Notes: generated from the sequence alone by a model not told the origin. Counted from the stretch's first letter, positions 1 through 14,241 are shown. The stretch: 32,000 nucleotides of DNA from Alkanindiges sp. WGS2144 (GCF_043950625.1 NZ_CP171007.1); one strand, 5' to 3'. Numbers and translations are program-made.

Positions 1-1163
1 TCAATAATGACCAGTCCGAGCTGCTTAAACTCTACATTGGCCTGAAACAACGCATGCGTGCCAATGACCAGTTGGGCTTGCCCGGTTTTTACCAGATGTT
101 CAGCCAGCTCACGCGCCTTGCCTTTTTGCTTGCCGGATAGCCATGCGACCTGAATGCCCAGCGGTTCAAACCACTGGCTAAAATTAATAAAATGCTGTTC
201 AGCCAGAATTTCAGTAGGCGCCATCAACGCTACCTGCCAGTTACTTTCCAGCACGTGACAGGCTGCTATGGCAGCTACGAGTGTTTTACCAGCGCCCACA
301 TCGCCTTGTACCAGCCGCAGCATGGGTTTATTCTGGCTTAAGTCCTGTAAAATTTCAGTACTGACCCGTGCCTGTGCATGGGTAGGATTAAATGCCAAAC
401 CAGCCAATAATTGTTGAACAAGCTGCTTGCTAGGCTGAATTGCAGGAGCGGCAATGGACTGGATATAGTAACGGCGCGTCAGCAGGCTGATCTGATGAGC
501 GACCAGTTCTTCAAAGATCAGGCGCTGTTGAGCCGGATGACGGCCTTCAGCCAGATCAAATACATTGGCATCAATAGGCGGCTGGTGTATATAGCGCAAG
601 GCGGCCTGCATGTCATACTGCTTGACAAATTGACTGGGTAGTAGTTCCGGCAGGTGATGCGAGTAATGCTTAAGTGCCTGATCAACAAACTGGCGTAACT
701 TGGCCTGCGTCAGTCCTTCGGTGGAAGGATAAATAGCAGTTAAACGGGAAGCAGGGAGTGGTTCATCCGGGCTGACAAACTGGTATTCAGGGTGATATAA
801 CTCAAGGCCACGGGCGCCCACGCGGACTTCACCAAATACCCGCACGCTGCCGCCAACCCTGAATTTTTCCTTTAAGCCCTTATAAACCTGATAAAAACGC
901 AAGGTAACTTTTCCCAGCCCATCACTCATTTGAACAGCCATGGAAGTACGTTTTCCGGGCGGAAAGTCAACCGACTGAATGGTACCTTGTAGTAAAGCGG
1001 TCTTGCCCACAAACAGCTGATTCATGGGAATAATGCGACTACGATTTTCATAGTCGCGCGGCAGGTGAAATAGCAAGTCTACAGGCGTATAAATATGCAG
1101 CCTGGCCAGCAGTTGAGCCGCGGCTTCCCCCACACCCGATAAATCACGAACAGTTATACTCAT
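1..1163 (-). CDS. recG: ATP-dependent DNA helicase RecG, N-terminal ~387 codons; the 3' part lies beyond the window start
   Basis: Not in the ORF track because it is truncated. Reverse translation from the ATG (complement of 1161-1163) gives MSITVRDLSGVGEAAAQLLARLHIYTPVDLLFHLPRDYENR... In the same frame it reaches KPMLRLVQGDVGAGKTLVAAIAACHVLESNWQVALMAPTEILAEQHF (Walker A plus motif Ia, ~nt 190-330), which is typical of RecG. The frame stays open to nt 1. Confidence 0.9.
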   Translation of the reverse strand, partial: MSITVRDLSGVGEAAAQLLARLHIYTPVDLLFHLPRDYENRSRIIPMNQLFVGKTALLQGTIQSVDFPPGKRTSMAVQMSDGLGKVTLRFYQVYKGLKEKFRVGGSVRVFGEVRVGARGLELYHPEYQFVSPDEPLPASRLTAIYPSTEGLTQAKLRQFVDQALKHYSHHLPELLPSQFVKQYDMQAALRYIHQPPIDANVFDLAEGRHPAQQRLIFEELVAHQISLLTRRYYIQSIAAPAIQPSKQLVQQLLAGLAFNPTHAQARVSTEILQDLSQNKPMLRLVQGDVGAGKTLVAAIAACHVLESNWQVALMAPTEILAEQHFINFSQWFEPLGIQVAWLSGKQKGKARELAEHLVKTGQAQLVIGTHALFQANVEFKQLGLVII

Positions 1164-1538
1164 GCGCAAAGTGTAATGGCAGTTGGCTAAAAATGCATGC
1201 GTTGATTATGGTGTTGGACAGTTTGGAAAAAGAATTTGTAATAGCGATAGCCGTATTACTCATCATAATGGCTAAACTGAGTAGCTTATAAGAAATCCGA
1301 TATATTCTTAGAGCAATAGACAGAAAAAAATATCAGGCTAAATAACTTAAATTAGCTTAAAAAATATGCGATATGGCCTTTATTGCCCTTGTAATTATTC
1401 AGTAATTATTTTTTTATAGACCACCGCAGTGAAGCAGGTTATATGGCATTAGCCATCATGATGATGACAGGCATATGCCTGGCACGTTTTAAAACACGAA
1501 AATCTGATATAGGTATTAACAGGCAAGGATTTTGAGTT

Positions 1539-2543
1539 ATGTATAAAACAATAAGGAATATCACAACGACGGGATTACTACTCGGTGCAGTGGCAATCAC
1601 TACCGCTTCACAGGCACAAACTATTTGTGTGTTTGATCTAGGAGGCGCGTCTGGTGATAACTTTGCTTTAATGCGGGATTATGCGTTATCAGCCAAAAAA
1701 TGGGGTGTAACCATAGATTTAAAAGCCTATAACAGTGAAGGCGAAGCGATTAATGATTTTAAAAAAGACGTCTGTGATGGAGTGGCTGCTACCAGCTTTT
1801 CAACCAGGCCTTTTAATAGTTATACCGGGTCTATTAATGCCATTGGCGCAATTCCCAGCAATGTGATTGCTCGCAATTTGCTATCGCTGATGGGTAGCCC
1901 CAAAGTGGCACGTGATATGGTTGAAGGAGAATACGAGGCAGCGGGTGTTATTCCCTTGGGTGCTGCGTATTTTCTGGTAAAAGACAGATCAATCAATAGT
2001 CTGGCTAAAGCGGAAGGCAAGCGTATCGGGGTGCTTCAGGTAGATCCCGTACAGTATCGAATGGCACAGAAAGTAGGTGCTAAGCCTGTTTATATGATTA
2101 TTGATAATGCAGGACAAAAGTTTCAGAATAATGAAATTGATGTGTTACCTGCACCAGCGTTTGCCTATTCAGCTCTGGAAGTCTATCGTTCAATGGGCGC
2201 CAATGGCGGAATTGCACGCTTTCCGATTAGCTTTATGACTGGCCAGCTAATTTTGAAAAAAGATAAATTCCCTGCAGGTTATGGGCAAAAAAGCCGTAGC
2301 TGGTTTGCCAGTCAGACATCACGTTTAATGAACCAGATTGGCCGCTATGAAGCTGCAGTACCAGCCAAGTACTGGTTCGATATTTCCAGCGAAGATAAAG
2401 TGGGGTATTTAAGGCTAATGCGACAGATGCGCATAGAATTTGTACAAAATAAGACCTATAATCCAAAGATGATGAGCCTACTGAAAAAACTTCGCTGTCA
2501 GCAGGATGCCACAAGCTTTGAATGTTCGTTAAAAGGTGAGTAG
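1539..2543 (+). CDS. Secreted periplasmic protein, solute-binding-protein-like, paralog 1; function unknown
   Basis: 334-aa ORF with an N-terminal signal peptide (…AITTASQAQT). It has conserved Cys residues (QTIC, CDG, RCQQD..EC). I recall similar Acinetobacter proteins being annotated as putative solute-binding protein or DUF; this is unverified. About 75% aa identity by eye to the next ORF. Confidence 0.85.
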   Translation: MYKTIRNITTTGLLLGAVAITTASQAQTICVFDLGGASGDNFALMRDYALSAKKWGVTIDLKAYNSEGEAINDFKKDVCDGVAATSFSTRPFNSYTGSINAIGAIPSNVIARNLLSLMGSPKVARDMVEGEYEAAGVIPLGAAYFLVKDRSINSLAKAEGKRIGVLQVDPVQYRMAQKVGAKPVYMIIDNAGQKFQNNEIDVLPAPAFAYSALEVYRSMGANGGIARFPISFMTGQLILKKDKFPAGYGQKSRSWFASQTSRLMNQIGRYEAAVPAKYWFDISSEDKVGYLRLMRQMRIEFVQNKTYNPKMMSLLKKLRCQQDATSFECSLKGE

Positions 2544-2599
2544 ACTCATAGGAACCGGAAAAAAGCTTTTAGGATAAACAGGGTAAGGAAGTACCTATC

Positions 2600-3607
2600 A
2601 TGAGAAAGAAAGGTCATTCATCAGTAAGAAGTCTGGTTTTATTGTCCGGAGTCTTGGGGTTTATAGCAAGCGCACAAGCGCAGACCATTTGTGCATTTGA
2701 CTTGGGCGGTGCATCGGGGGACAACTTTGCCCTCATGAAGGATTATGTACTGGCCGCCAAAAAATGGAACGTAGACATTACCTTAAAGGCTTATGGAGAC
2801 GAGGGCGCAGCCCTGCGTGATTTTAAAGCCGGCCAGTGTGACGGATTAGTGGCAACCAGCTTTGTGACCCGTGAATTTAACAGTTATACCGGTTCCATTA
2901 ACGCCATTGGCGCTGTACCGAGCAATGTGGTTGCCCGCAATGTGTTAATGCTAATGGGTAATCCCAAAGCCGCCGGGGATATGGTGGAAGGTGAGTATGA
3001 AGCAGCAGGGATCATTCCTATTGGCTCAGCCTACTTTGTGACTAAAGACCGTAATATCAATACTCTGGCTAAAATTGAAGGTAAGCGAATTGGTGTACTG
3101 GAGGTTGATCCGGTACAGCGTCGTATGGCACAAAAAGTAGGCGCTAAGCCAGTGCTTATGACCATTGATAATGCCGGCCAGAAATTTCAGGCTGGCCAGG
3201 TTGATATCCTGCCAGCGCCATCCATGGCTTATATTCCATTGGAAGTTTACCGGTCTATGGGAGCCAGCGGCGGTATCGCCCGCTTTCCTTTAAGCTTTAT
3301 GTCTTTAAACCTGGTTTTAAAGAAAAATGCCTATCCTGCGGGTTTTGGGCAAAAAAGCCGTAGCTGGTTTAGCGCACAGACGCCACGCCTGATGAATAAG
3401 GTGTCACGTGATGATGGCAGTGTGCCAGCTAAATACTGGTTTGACATTCCCAGTGAAGATCAGGTGGGTTATCTGCGTTTACTGCGCCAGATGCGTATCG
3501 AGTTTGTGCAAAACAAAACCTATAACCCTAAAATGATGAGCCTGCTCAAAAAGCTGCGTTGCCAACAGGACCCTAGTAATTATGAGTGTAAGCTAAAGGG
3601 GGAATAA
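2600..3607 (+). CDS. Secreted periplasmic protein, solute-binding-protein-like, paralog 2
   Basis: 335-aa ORF with a signal peptide (…GFIASAQAQT). It is colinear with 1539-2543 along its whole length. An RBS-like aaggaag lies ~8 nt upstream of the ATG, and a strong terminator follows. Confidence 0.85.
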   Translation: MRKKGHSSVRSLVLLSGVLGFIASAQAQTICAFDLGGASGDNFALMKDYVLAAKKWNVDITLKAYGDEGAALRDFKAGQCDGLVATSFVTREFNSYTGSINAIGAVPSNVVARNVLMLMGNPKAAGDMVEGEYEAAGIIPIGSAYFVTKDRNINTLAKIEGKRIGVLEVDPVQRRMAQKVGAKPVLMTIDNAGQKFQAGQVDILPAPSMAYIPLEVYRSMGASGGIARFPLSFMSLNLVLKKNAYPAGFGQKSRSWFSAQTPRLMNKVSRDDGSVPAKYWFDIPSEDQVGYLRLLRQMRIEFVQNKTYNPKMMSLLKKLRCQQDPSNYECKLKGE

Positions 3608-3623
3608 GCCCTGACAGCTTGCC

Positions 3624-3655
3624 AAAAAAAGACCGAATCAAATCGGTCTTTTTTG
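3624..3655. terminator. Bidirectional Rho-independent terminator between convergent genes
   Basis: aaaaaaa-GACCGA-atcaaa-TCGGTC-tttttt: a 6-bp GC-rich stem flanked by an A-run and a T-run. It sits between the stop at 3607 (+) and the stop at 3667 (-). Confidence 0.8.
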
Positions 3656-3666
3656 TTTTGCTTAAG

Positions 3667-4029
3667 TTAAAAGCGAATTTCATCCACTTCAATTTCTATA
3701 CTTTCTTTAGGAAAGCGGTCGTGGTCTACTTCACCTACCAAGGTAACTGTGGCTTTACTGGACACTGGCTGGCCTCGCCATTTTTCATCATCTATATCTA
3801 CTACTATAGTTCCAGTGGCATCTTTAAATTCATACTTTTCATTGCCTAGTGCCCGCACGACCTGACCACGCAGGATAACTTTACTGTCATCTTTAAGGGT
3901 TTTTGCCTGCGCTACAGTGACATTTGCGCCTTGAGTGGCATTTAATGCAGCTTGATTAACGGGTTGAGCCTGAGCAATACTGCCAAAACAGCCGACAGTT
4001 ATGCAACCAGCAAAGATAATTGCTCTCAT
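3667..4029 (-). CDS. YgiW/YdeI (BOF) family periplasmic OB-fold stress-tolerance protein
   Basis: 120 aa with a signal peptide (…GSIAQAQP). The core TVAQAKTLKDDSKVILRGQVVRALGNEKYEFKDATGTIVVDIDDEKW matches the bacterial OB-fold YgiW family pattern and size. Confidence 0.8.
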   Translation of the reverse strand: MRAIIFAGCITVGCFGSIAQAQPVNQAALNATQGANVTVAQAKTLKDDSKVILRGQVVRALGNEKYEFKDATGTIVVDIDDEKWRGQPVSSKATVTLVGEVDHDRFPKESIEIEVDEIRF

Positions 4030-4141
4030 AAGATAAACCCTATCTAAAATAGTTTTTTACTATAAATGACTATAGCGGCCATACTATGAGTGAATCGTAG
4101 TTTTTTCCCTAAAATACGTCTTTTTATGTTGATGAGATTTA

Positions 4142-4190
4142 GCAAACCTATTCAGCAGAACGAGACAAGCTGGCAGCCAAATAGGTTTGC
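4142..4190. repeat. 12-bp inverted repeat (stem-loop) immediately downstream of the amidase stop
   Basis: GCAAACCTATTt (4142-4153) pairs with aAATAGGTTTGC (4179-4190) around a 25-nt loop. There is no clear U-tract on the minus strand, so its terminator role is uncertain. Confidence 0.5.
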
Positions 4191-4200
4191 CAGCGCTAAA

Positions 4201-5709
4201 TTACAATTTAATTAGATCATATCGGGGTTGCCAGGGCTGTGCCTGTTCCAGCTGCGCCGCCAACGCCAGCAGAACATGTTCATGGCCAAAGGGAGCCACA
4301 AATTGCGAGCCTAACGGTAAGCCCTGCTTGCTCCAGTATAAAGGAACAGACATGGCTGGTACTCCGGTAATATTGGCCAATTGGGTAAAGGGAACCCAGC
4401 GCAAGTTGCTCTGCACAATTTGTTCAACCAGAAAAGAACCACGCACCAGTTGATGGGCCTGTCCGGTTTTAAGTACACCCTTTAGCAATAACTGCTGCCA
4501 TTTTGGGGTAACTACCTCACCATTTTTTGGGGCCACACTGGCAGTGGCAGGCGTTAAATACAAGTCATAACGTTGGAAGAAAGTATTCAGCTGGCGGGTA
4601 TAGTGTCCCCAGTGCTCGAGGCAGCGCAGATATTCAGTGGCTCTGGTTTTGGCACCAAAGGCCGCTGCTGCACGGGTGTCTAGCTCAAAATCATTATCAC
4701 TGCCCTGGGTCATGCGTTTTATGTCATCTACCGCAAGGGCGCATTGAGAAAACCACATCACAATAAAATCACTGGCCAGTGCCATGCCATCTATGCCGGG
4801 CTGATCTTCTACCACATCGTGACCTAACCTGGTCAGTAGCTTGGCTGTGTGCTGAACGGCAGCAATGGCATCCTTGGACACCTTGGTACCAATTGGGGAC
4901 TGGGTAGTAAAAGCAATTTTTAACCGTTTTGGTGGTTGCTTGATGCAATCCAGATAAGTACCGGGTATCGATTGAATATCAAATAATGAACTTAGATCGT
5001 AGCCTTGGGTAGCATCCAGCATGGCAGCGCTGTCCCGTACAGAGCGGCTAAGTATATGTTGCATGGCAGCACCGTGCATGGCTTCACTAGAACCCGGACC
5101 CCAGGGCGTACGGCCACGGCTGGGTTTTAAGCCAAACACGCCACAATAGCTGGCAGGAATACGAATCGATCCGCCTCCATCACTGGCTGCAGCCATTGGC
5201 ACAATACCGGCGGCTACGACAGAACCGGCTCCACCGGAAGAACCACCAGAGTTATGTTTTAAATGCCATGGATTATGACAGCTCCCCCAGGCGGCAGGTT
5301 CGGTAATTCCTTTAAGACCAAGTTCAGGTGAATTCGTACGCCCAAATACCGTAACTCCAGCAGTTTGCCAGCGGCTTACGATCTCTGCTGTAAAATCAGG
5401 GGCGTAGTTTTTATTTTTCAGGCTGCGGGAACCATTGCTTAGTGGAGCACCCTTATATTCCTGAAATAAATCCTTGAGTAAAAAAGGCACCCCGGTAAAG
5501 GGGCTGCTCTGATTGCAATGTGTATGCGTTTTAATATAACTGCGGGCCTGTTCATACAGGGAAATGGTCACTGCATTGAGTTTGGGGTTGACCTGCTCGC
5601 AACGCTGAATAGCTGTTTCCAGAAGCTCGCTTGCGCTGACTTGTCCGGTTTTAACCAGATTACCCAAGCCCAGACCGTCATAGCTCATGTATTCTTTTAT
5701 CTTCAGCAT
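4201..5709 (-). CDS. Amidase-signature (AS) family amidase
   Basis: 502 aa containing the canonical AS block [46 protein letters not shown]. Confidence 0.9.
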   Translation of the reverse strand: MLKIKEYMSYDGLGLGNLVKTGQVSASELLETAIQRCEQVNPKLNAVTISLYEQARSYIKTHTHCNQSSPFTGVPFLLKDLFQEYKGAPLSNGSRSLKNKNYAPDFTAEIVSRWQTAGVTVFGRTNSPELGLKGITEPAAWGSCHNPWHLKHNSGGSSGGAGSVVAAGIVPMAAASDGGGSIRIPASYCGVFGLKPSRGRTPWGPGSSEAMHGAAMQHILSRSVRDSAAMLDATQGYDLSSLFDIQSIPGTYLDCIKQPPKRLKIAFTTQSPIGTKVSKDAIAAVQHTAKLLTRLGHDVVEDQPGIDGMALASDFIVMWFSQCALAVDDIKRMTQGSDNDFELDTRAAAAFGAKTRATEYLRCLEHWGHYTRQLNTFFQRYDLYLTPATASVAPKNGEVVTPKWQQLLLKGVLKTGQAHQLVRGSFLVEQIVQSNLRWVPFTQLANITGVPAMSVPLYWSKQGLPLGSQFVAPFGHEHVLLALAAQLEQAQPWQPRYDLIKL

Positions 5710-5789
5710 GCTAAAACCTTGTCATCCCTAACTAAATGGTTGGTTTAACCCAACATAGGCAAAAAGAACTTAAAAGTCAAAACGAAAAA

Positions 5790-6953
5790 TCAGATGTGGT
5801 GGGTTGTATTTTCCTGATAATGCACCACCTGGTTACGTCCAGATGCCTTAGCCTGATAAAGCGCCTGATCTGCCTGTTTTAGCGCCTCGTCAATACTAGT
5901 TAGCTGGTTGTCAAAGTAAGTAATACCAAAGCTTGCAGTGACTTCGATATGTTCATGCTGGTCATTATATATGTTTATTGTCATTAAGCCATTGCGGCAA
6001 CGCTCTGCAATTTGCCGGGTTTGTTGAGGGTTGATGTTAGTTAGAACAATAATAAATTCCTCACCGCCAAACCTGCCTACAATATCCTGTTTACGAATAG
6101 TGGCTTTTAGCACTTTTGCCGCTTCAACCAGAATTTTATCCCCTACTATGTGCCCATGTGTATCATTAATTTTCTTAAAAAAATCAAGATCCAATAGAAT
6201 AAGTGAGTGCAATTGGGGCGTACTGGTCTGCCTGCGCTGTAATAAAGTTAAAAAATCATACAGGGTACGCCGGTTATACAGACCAGTAAGGGGGTCAATA
6301 CGACTTAGTTCTCGAATGTTTTTCTCGCGTTGTCGCCACTGACTAAGCAATACTTCCAGTAAAAAAACGCCACCTATCAAAATAGGAAGCACCAGCCACA
6401 ACATGGTGAATGCCCAAAAAACAGTTGCCCTACTGGAATCGCTACTGATAATGTCAATGAATATGGGTGCGTAAGGTAAGTTTCCTTGAATCGTTTTATA
6501 CATAATCCAGGAAAAAATCAGCAAAATAATAGTCAGGGTGCTATACACCAGCAAGCGCCGGAACAGCAGCAAACCAATAATGACGGAAACCACAAGGGTT
6601 AAACTGGTCGCAGGACTCATAATGCCGACAATATAAGCCTCATGAACCATGGACAGACCATAGGTTAAAACGCATAGATAAGGCAAAATAACCTGGGCAT
6701 TGTTAAAAGAGCGCATCCACCAACACAATAGCATCACCAATACCAAAATTGGCAATGCTGCCATATTGATCAGGATATAATATTTTAAGGTACTGGTGTT
6801 TACAAAAGGCCATAAGCCAGGGTGCCAGTAAACATAAAGCTTCCATACCAGCCAGGTCGCATGAATCAGTATACCCATGCTCAGCATGAGTAAGGATTTG
6901 TTCAATGGTGACCAATTCAGGATAAAGGTCGTCTTGCTTGGATGCTTATCCAT
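5790..6953 (-). CDS. Membrane-anchored diguanylate cyclase (GGDEF domain)
   Basis: 387 aa. The N-terminal ~200 aa are strongly hydrophobic (multiple predicted TM helices). The C-terminal part carries DPLTGLYNRR…RFGGEEFIIVL…ASFGI…ADQALYQAKASGRN, i.e. a GGEEF active site. Confidence 0.9.
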   Translation of the reverse strand: MDKHPSKTTFILNWSPLNKSLLMLSMGILIHATWLVWKLYVYWHPGLWPFVNTSTLKYYILINMAALPILVLVMLLCWWMRSFNNAQVILPYLCVLTYGLSMVHEAYIVGIMSPATSLTLVVSVIIGLLLFRRLLVYSTLTIILLIFSWIMYKTIQGNLPYAPIFIDIISSDSSRATVFWAFTMLWLVLPILIGGVFLLEVLLSQWRQREKNIRELSRIDPLTGLYNRRTLYDFLTLLQRRQTSTPQLHSLILLDLDFFKKINDTHGHIVGDKILVEAAKVLKATIRKQDIVGRFGGEEFIIVLTNINPQQTRQIAERCRNGLMTINIYNDQHEHIEVTASFGITYFDNQLTSIDEALKQADQALYQAKASGRNQVVHYQENTTHHI

Positions 6954-7276
6954 AAGTGGTATAACAAGAATCTTAAGGTGCGGTTTTAGGCACGGTTAGC
7001 CATGGGCAGTGAAGTACATTTATTTAATACCTCATGTGAATGTTAAAATGCAATGAAAAAGCGACCAGCTGAATCGTAGATGGCTATGGGCAAGCGCAGT
7101 GATATCTGGAGTGTTGCTCATGGACTGGTTAGCGGTTTATAGGGTGCCTTATTTCCGCTAGTAGAAAATTATTTTTTATAAAATAGACACAGCAAAAGAT
7201 CAATAAACAACTACATTGACTATATTGGTAAACCATTATGATCTCAACAATATAGCCCAATGATAATGTAGCGCCA

Positions 7277-8353
7277 ATGAAAACCTTTTACTGTCAGCAC
7301 TGTGGACATCAAGTATTTTTTTTAAATACCCAGTGTGAGAACTGCCGCGCTTTGCTGGGCTATTTACCTGATGAAGAAAATATGGGAACTTTCTTTGAAA
7401 AAAGATCGGACGGCCTGTGGCAGAGCCAGAATCCCCAGCACATTAGCAAGCTATTTAAACCTTGCTATAACTATCAGGTAGCAAATGTATGCAACTGGAT
7501 GCTGCCGGCCACCAGTTCGGAAATCTATTGTAAAGCCTGCCAGCTTACCACCGTTATTCCCAATCTGGATGAAGGAAATAACAAACTATACTGGAGCCGG
7601 CTTGAGGCAGCCAAACGCCGGTTTTTATATTCTCTTTACCAATTAAAAATTCCCCCCCAACCCAAACGTAATTCTACAGATACCGAAGGGCTGGCATTTG
7701 AATTTCTTGCGCCCTATGATAATCAACCTGTAATGACCGGCCATGACAGCGGGCGAATTACCATCAATATTGCTGAAGCAGACTCCTCCTATCGCGAATG
7801 GACGCGGGAAAGCATGCAGGAGCTTTACCGAACCCTGCTTGGGCATTTTAGGCATGAAAGCGGGCACTATTATTTCGATCGCCTTATTGAAGGCACCAAA
7901 TGGTATCAGCCTTTTAAGCAGCTGTTCGGCGATGACGCACAGAACTATCAGGGAGCAATCAATCGACACTATGACCAGGGGGCACCTGAAGATTGGCAAA
8001 ATTTTTATGTGAGCAGCTATGCCAGTATGCATCCCTGGGAAGACTGGGCAGAAACTTGGGCACACTACTTACACATGATGGATACGCTAGATACTGCTTA
8101 TCATTCGGGTATTAACATCCAGCCTTATAACCGGTTTGAGCCACACATGTATCTGCACGCCTCTCCCGTTGCCAACCCAAATTTTGATCAGACACTGGCG
8201 GATTGGTTTGCACTAAGCTATGCACTGAACTCGTTAAACCGGAGTATGGGGCTACCAGATGCTTACCCATTTGCGCTCTCTCAAGTTGTGCTGGATAAAT
8301 TACGCTTTGTGCATCAGGTATTACTTGAAAAATACCGAGAGTCCTCCCTCTAA
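7277..8353 (+). CDS. Zinc-ribbon plus putative zinc metallopeptidase-like protein (poorly characterised family)
   Basis: 358 aa. The N-terminal ribbon is CQHCGHQVFFLNTQCENC, with a further CKAC. An HExxH motif is seen in FRHESGHYYF. There is no signal peptide. I recall this architecture as zinc-ribbon/DUF2248 plus Peptidase_Mx; unverified. Confidence 0.7.
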   Translation: MKTFYCQHCGHQVFFLNTQCENCRALLGYLPDEENMGTFFEKRSDGLWQSQNPQHISKLFKPCYNYQVANVCNWMLPATSSEIYCKACQLTTVIPNLDEGNNKLYWSRLEAAKRRFLYSLYQLKIPPQPKRNSTDTEGLAFEFLAPYDNQPVMTGHDSGRITINIAEADSSYREWTRESMQELYRTLLGHFRHESGHYYFDRLIEGTKWYQPFKQLFGDDAQNYQGAINRHYDQGAPEDWQNFYVSSYASMHPWEDWAETWAHYLHMMDTLDTAYHSGINIQPYNRFEPHMYLHASPVANPNFDQTLADWFALSYALNSLNRSMGLPDAYPFALSQVVLDKLRFVHQVLLEKYRESSL

Positions 8354-8434
8354 CATTAAATGCAGTTTTATGCAGCAATAATTGCCTGGACGTCTACAAA
8401 ACGAACAGTCGAGGCATAGTTTTTAAAATAATAG

Positions 8435-8462
8435 TTGACGTAGTGGCATGATGATCTATAAT
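8435..8462 (+). promoter_or_regulatory. rrn promoter P1 (sigma-70)
   Basis: TTGACG (8435-8440), a 16-nt spacer, then TATAAT (8457-8462). An AT-rich UP-like tract (agtttttaaaataatag) precedes it. A GC-rich discriminator (tcccaccacggcggcg) follows. Confidence 0.7.
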
Positions 8463-8566
8463 TCCCACCACGGCGGCGTTGCATACAAAGAACTTGTTAA
8501 AAAACAACAAGTTATGCATATAGTTTTTGAGTTAAGTTGATTGTTAAATATATTTGATTGAAACGG

Positions 8567-8594
8567 TTGACAACACTTAAAAACGGCGTAGAAT
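8567..8594 (+). promoter_or_regulatory. rrn promoter P2 (sigma-70)
   Basis: TTGACA (8567-8572), a 16-nt spacer, then TAGAAT (8589-8594), with AT-rich upstream sequence. It lies ~220 nt upstream of mature 16S, giving the classic tandem P1/P2 layout. Confidence 0.65.
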
Positions 8595-8815
8595 ACGCTG
8601 CTCTGATCGGCACTGACGAAGTGTTGGTTAGGTTTCCTGGGGGACTGGGGACAAAGATTCATTAAGAGAATAGAGAACAACTTGTGTGGATTTTTACTGA
8701 TTGGGTGATGCAATAATATCATCATAATTGGTATAAATTTCTTGAAGTTTATTTGAGTAATTTGTCAGTTTTGATGAGTCAGATTTGTGTCTTAGAATAA
8801 AGGCATATTGGAATT

Positions 8816-10354
<1,539 letters not shown>

Positions 10355-10423
10355 ACGATAATCACCGGTTGGTAAGAATCCACAACAAGTTGTTCTCTAT
10401 ATGAGTAAGGTAAGCACTACGTT

Positions 10424-10500
<77 letters not shown>

Positions 10501-10541
10501 AATCGCATAATGCGAAGTGGACAGTAGGGCAGCAGCGACAA

Positions 10542-10617
10542 GGGGTCTTAGCTTAGTTGGTAGAGCGCCTGCTTTGCACGCAGGAGGTCAGGAGTTCGAC
10601 TCTCCTAGACTCCACCA
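10542..10617 (+). tRNA. tRNA-Ala (anticodon UGC)
   Basis: GGGGTCTTAGCTTAGTTGGTAGAGCGCCTGCTTTGCACGCAGGAGGTCAGGAGTTCGACTCTCCTAGACTCCACCA, with a G3:U70 pair and the anticodon loop TTTGCAC. Confidence 0.95.
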
Positions 10618-11026
10618 CACGAAGCACTGCTTCGTGGTTGATAGAGCAAATCCTTAAAACAGTGTTTTAAGTTTGCCTGAGAATTTGACCTTGCGACATA
10701 TATGTCTCATATGCTGCGCGTAGGCTTGCATGGAAAGAATGGTTGAGTTTTTAAAGAAAGAATTTCCCAGAAATTAATAAATGGATAGTTTATTAATTTC
10801 TGCGAAAGCGGAACAAATAATCACTGATTGACGAGATCGTGATTGATTCATTAACAGCAAGGTAAAATTGAGTCTGAAATAAATTGTTCACTCAGTTAGA
10901 TTGCTAGCTGGTTAATTCATTCTTCATGGATGGGTTGGCTAGATAGAATTTAACTTGAGAACTAGCAAACTGAATCAAGCGTTCTTGGTATTAAGGTAGA
11001 CGCTATACGACGTTTTAGGGTTGTAT

Positions 11027-13919
<2,893 letters not shown>

Positions 13920-14114
13920 ACAACACCTAAAGCGTTGTAGACCTTAAACAAGCATACTGTTGCTGCCAGATCAGTAACTGCTTGATTCAGACATTGCATC
14001 GACAGACTCAACCACCTTTGCTGTAATATTGCTTAGCCTGATGGATCATATCCATCAGCTGCAACCGGACAGGATGAGATGTGGCACCAAAGACCACCAA
14101 TCATCGACCAGTTG

Positions 14115-14230
14115 TGCTGGCGACCATAGCACGTGTGAACCACCTGATCCCTTCCCGAACTCAGAAGTGAAACCACGTTGCGCCAATGGTAGTGTGGCAT
14201 TCGCCATGTGAGAGTAGGGCATCGCCAGCT
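14115..14230 (+). rRNA. rrf: 5S ribosomal RNA
   Basis: tgctggcgaccatagc…ccgaactcagaagtgaaac…gagagtagggcatcgccagc. The terminal helix pairs gctggcga with tcgccagc. Length is ~116 nt. Confidence 0.92.
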
Positions 14231-14241
14231 CATTATTCAAT

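Noticed and set aside
411-641. A 76-aa ORF on the + strand.
   Set aside because: It lies antisense within the recG coding region, which has a clear helicase motif frame.
1481-1496. A TGGCACG motif resembling the -24 element of a sigma-54 promoter upstream of the SBP-like gene.
   Set aside because: No GC dinucleotide lies at the required -12 position (the sequence continues ttttaaaac).
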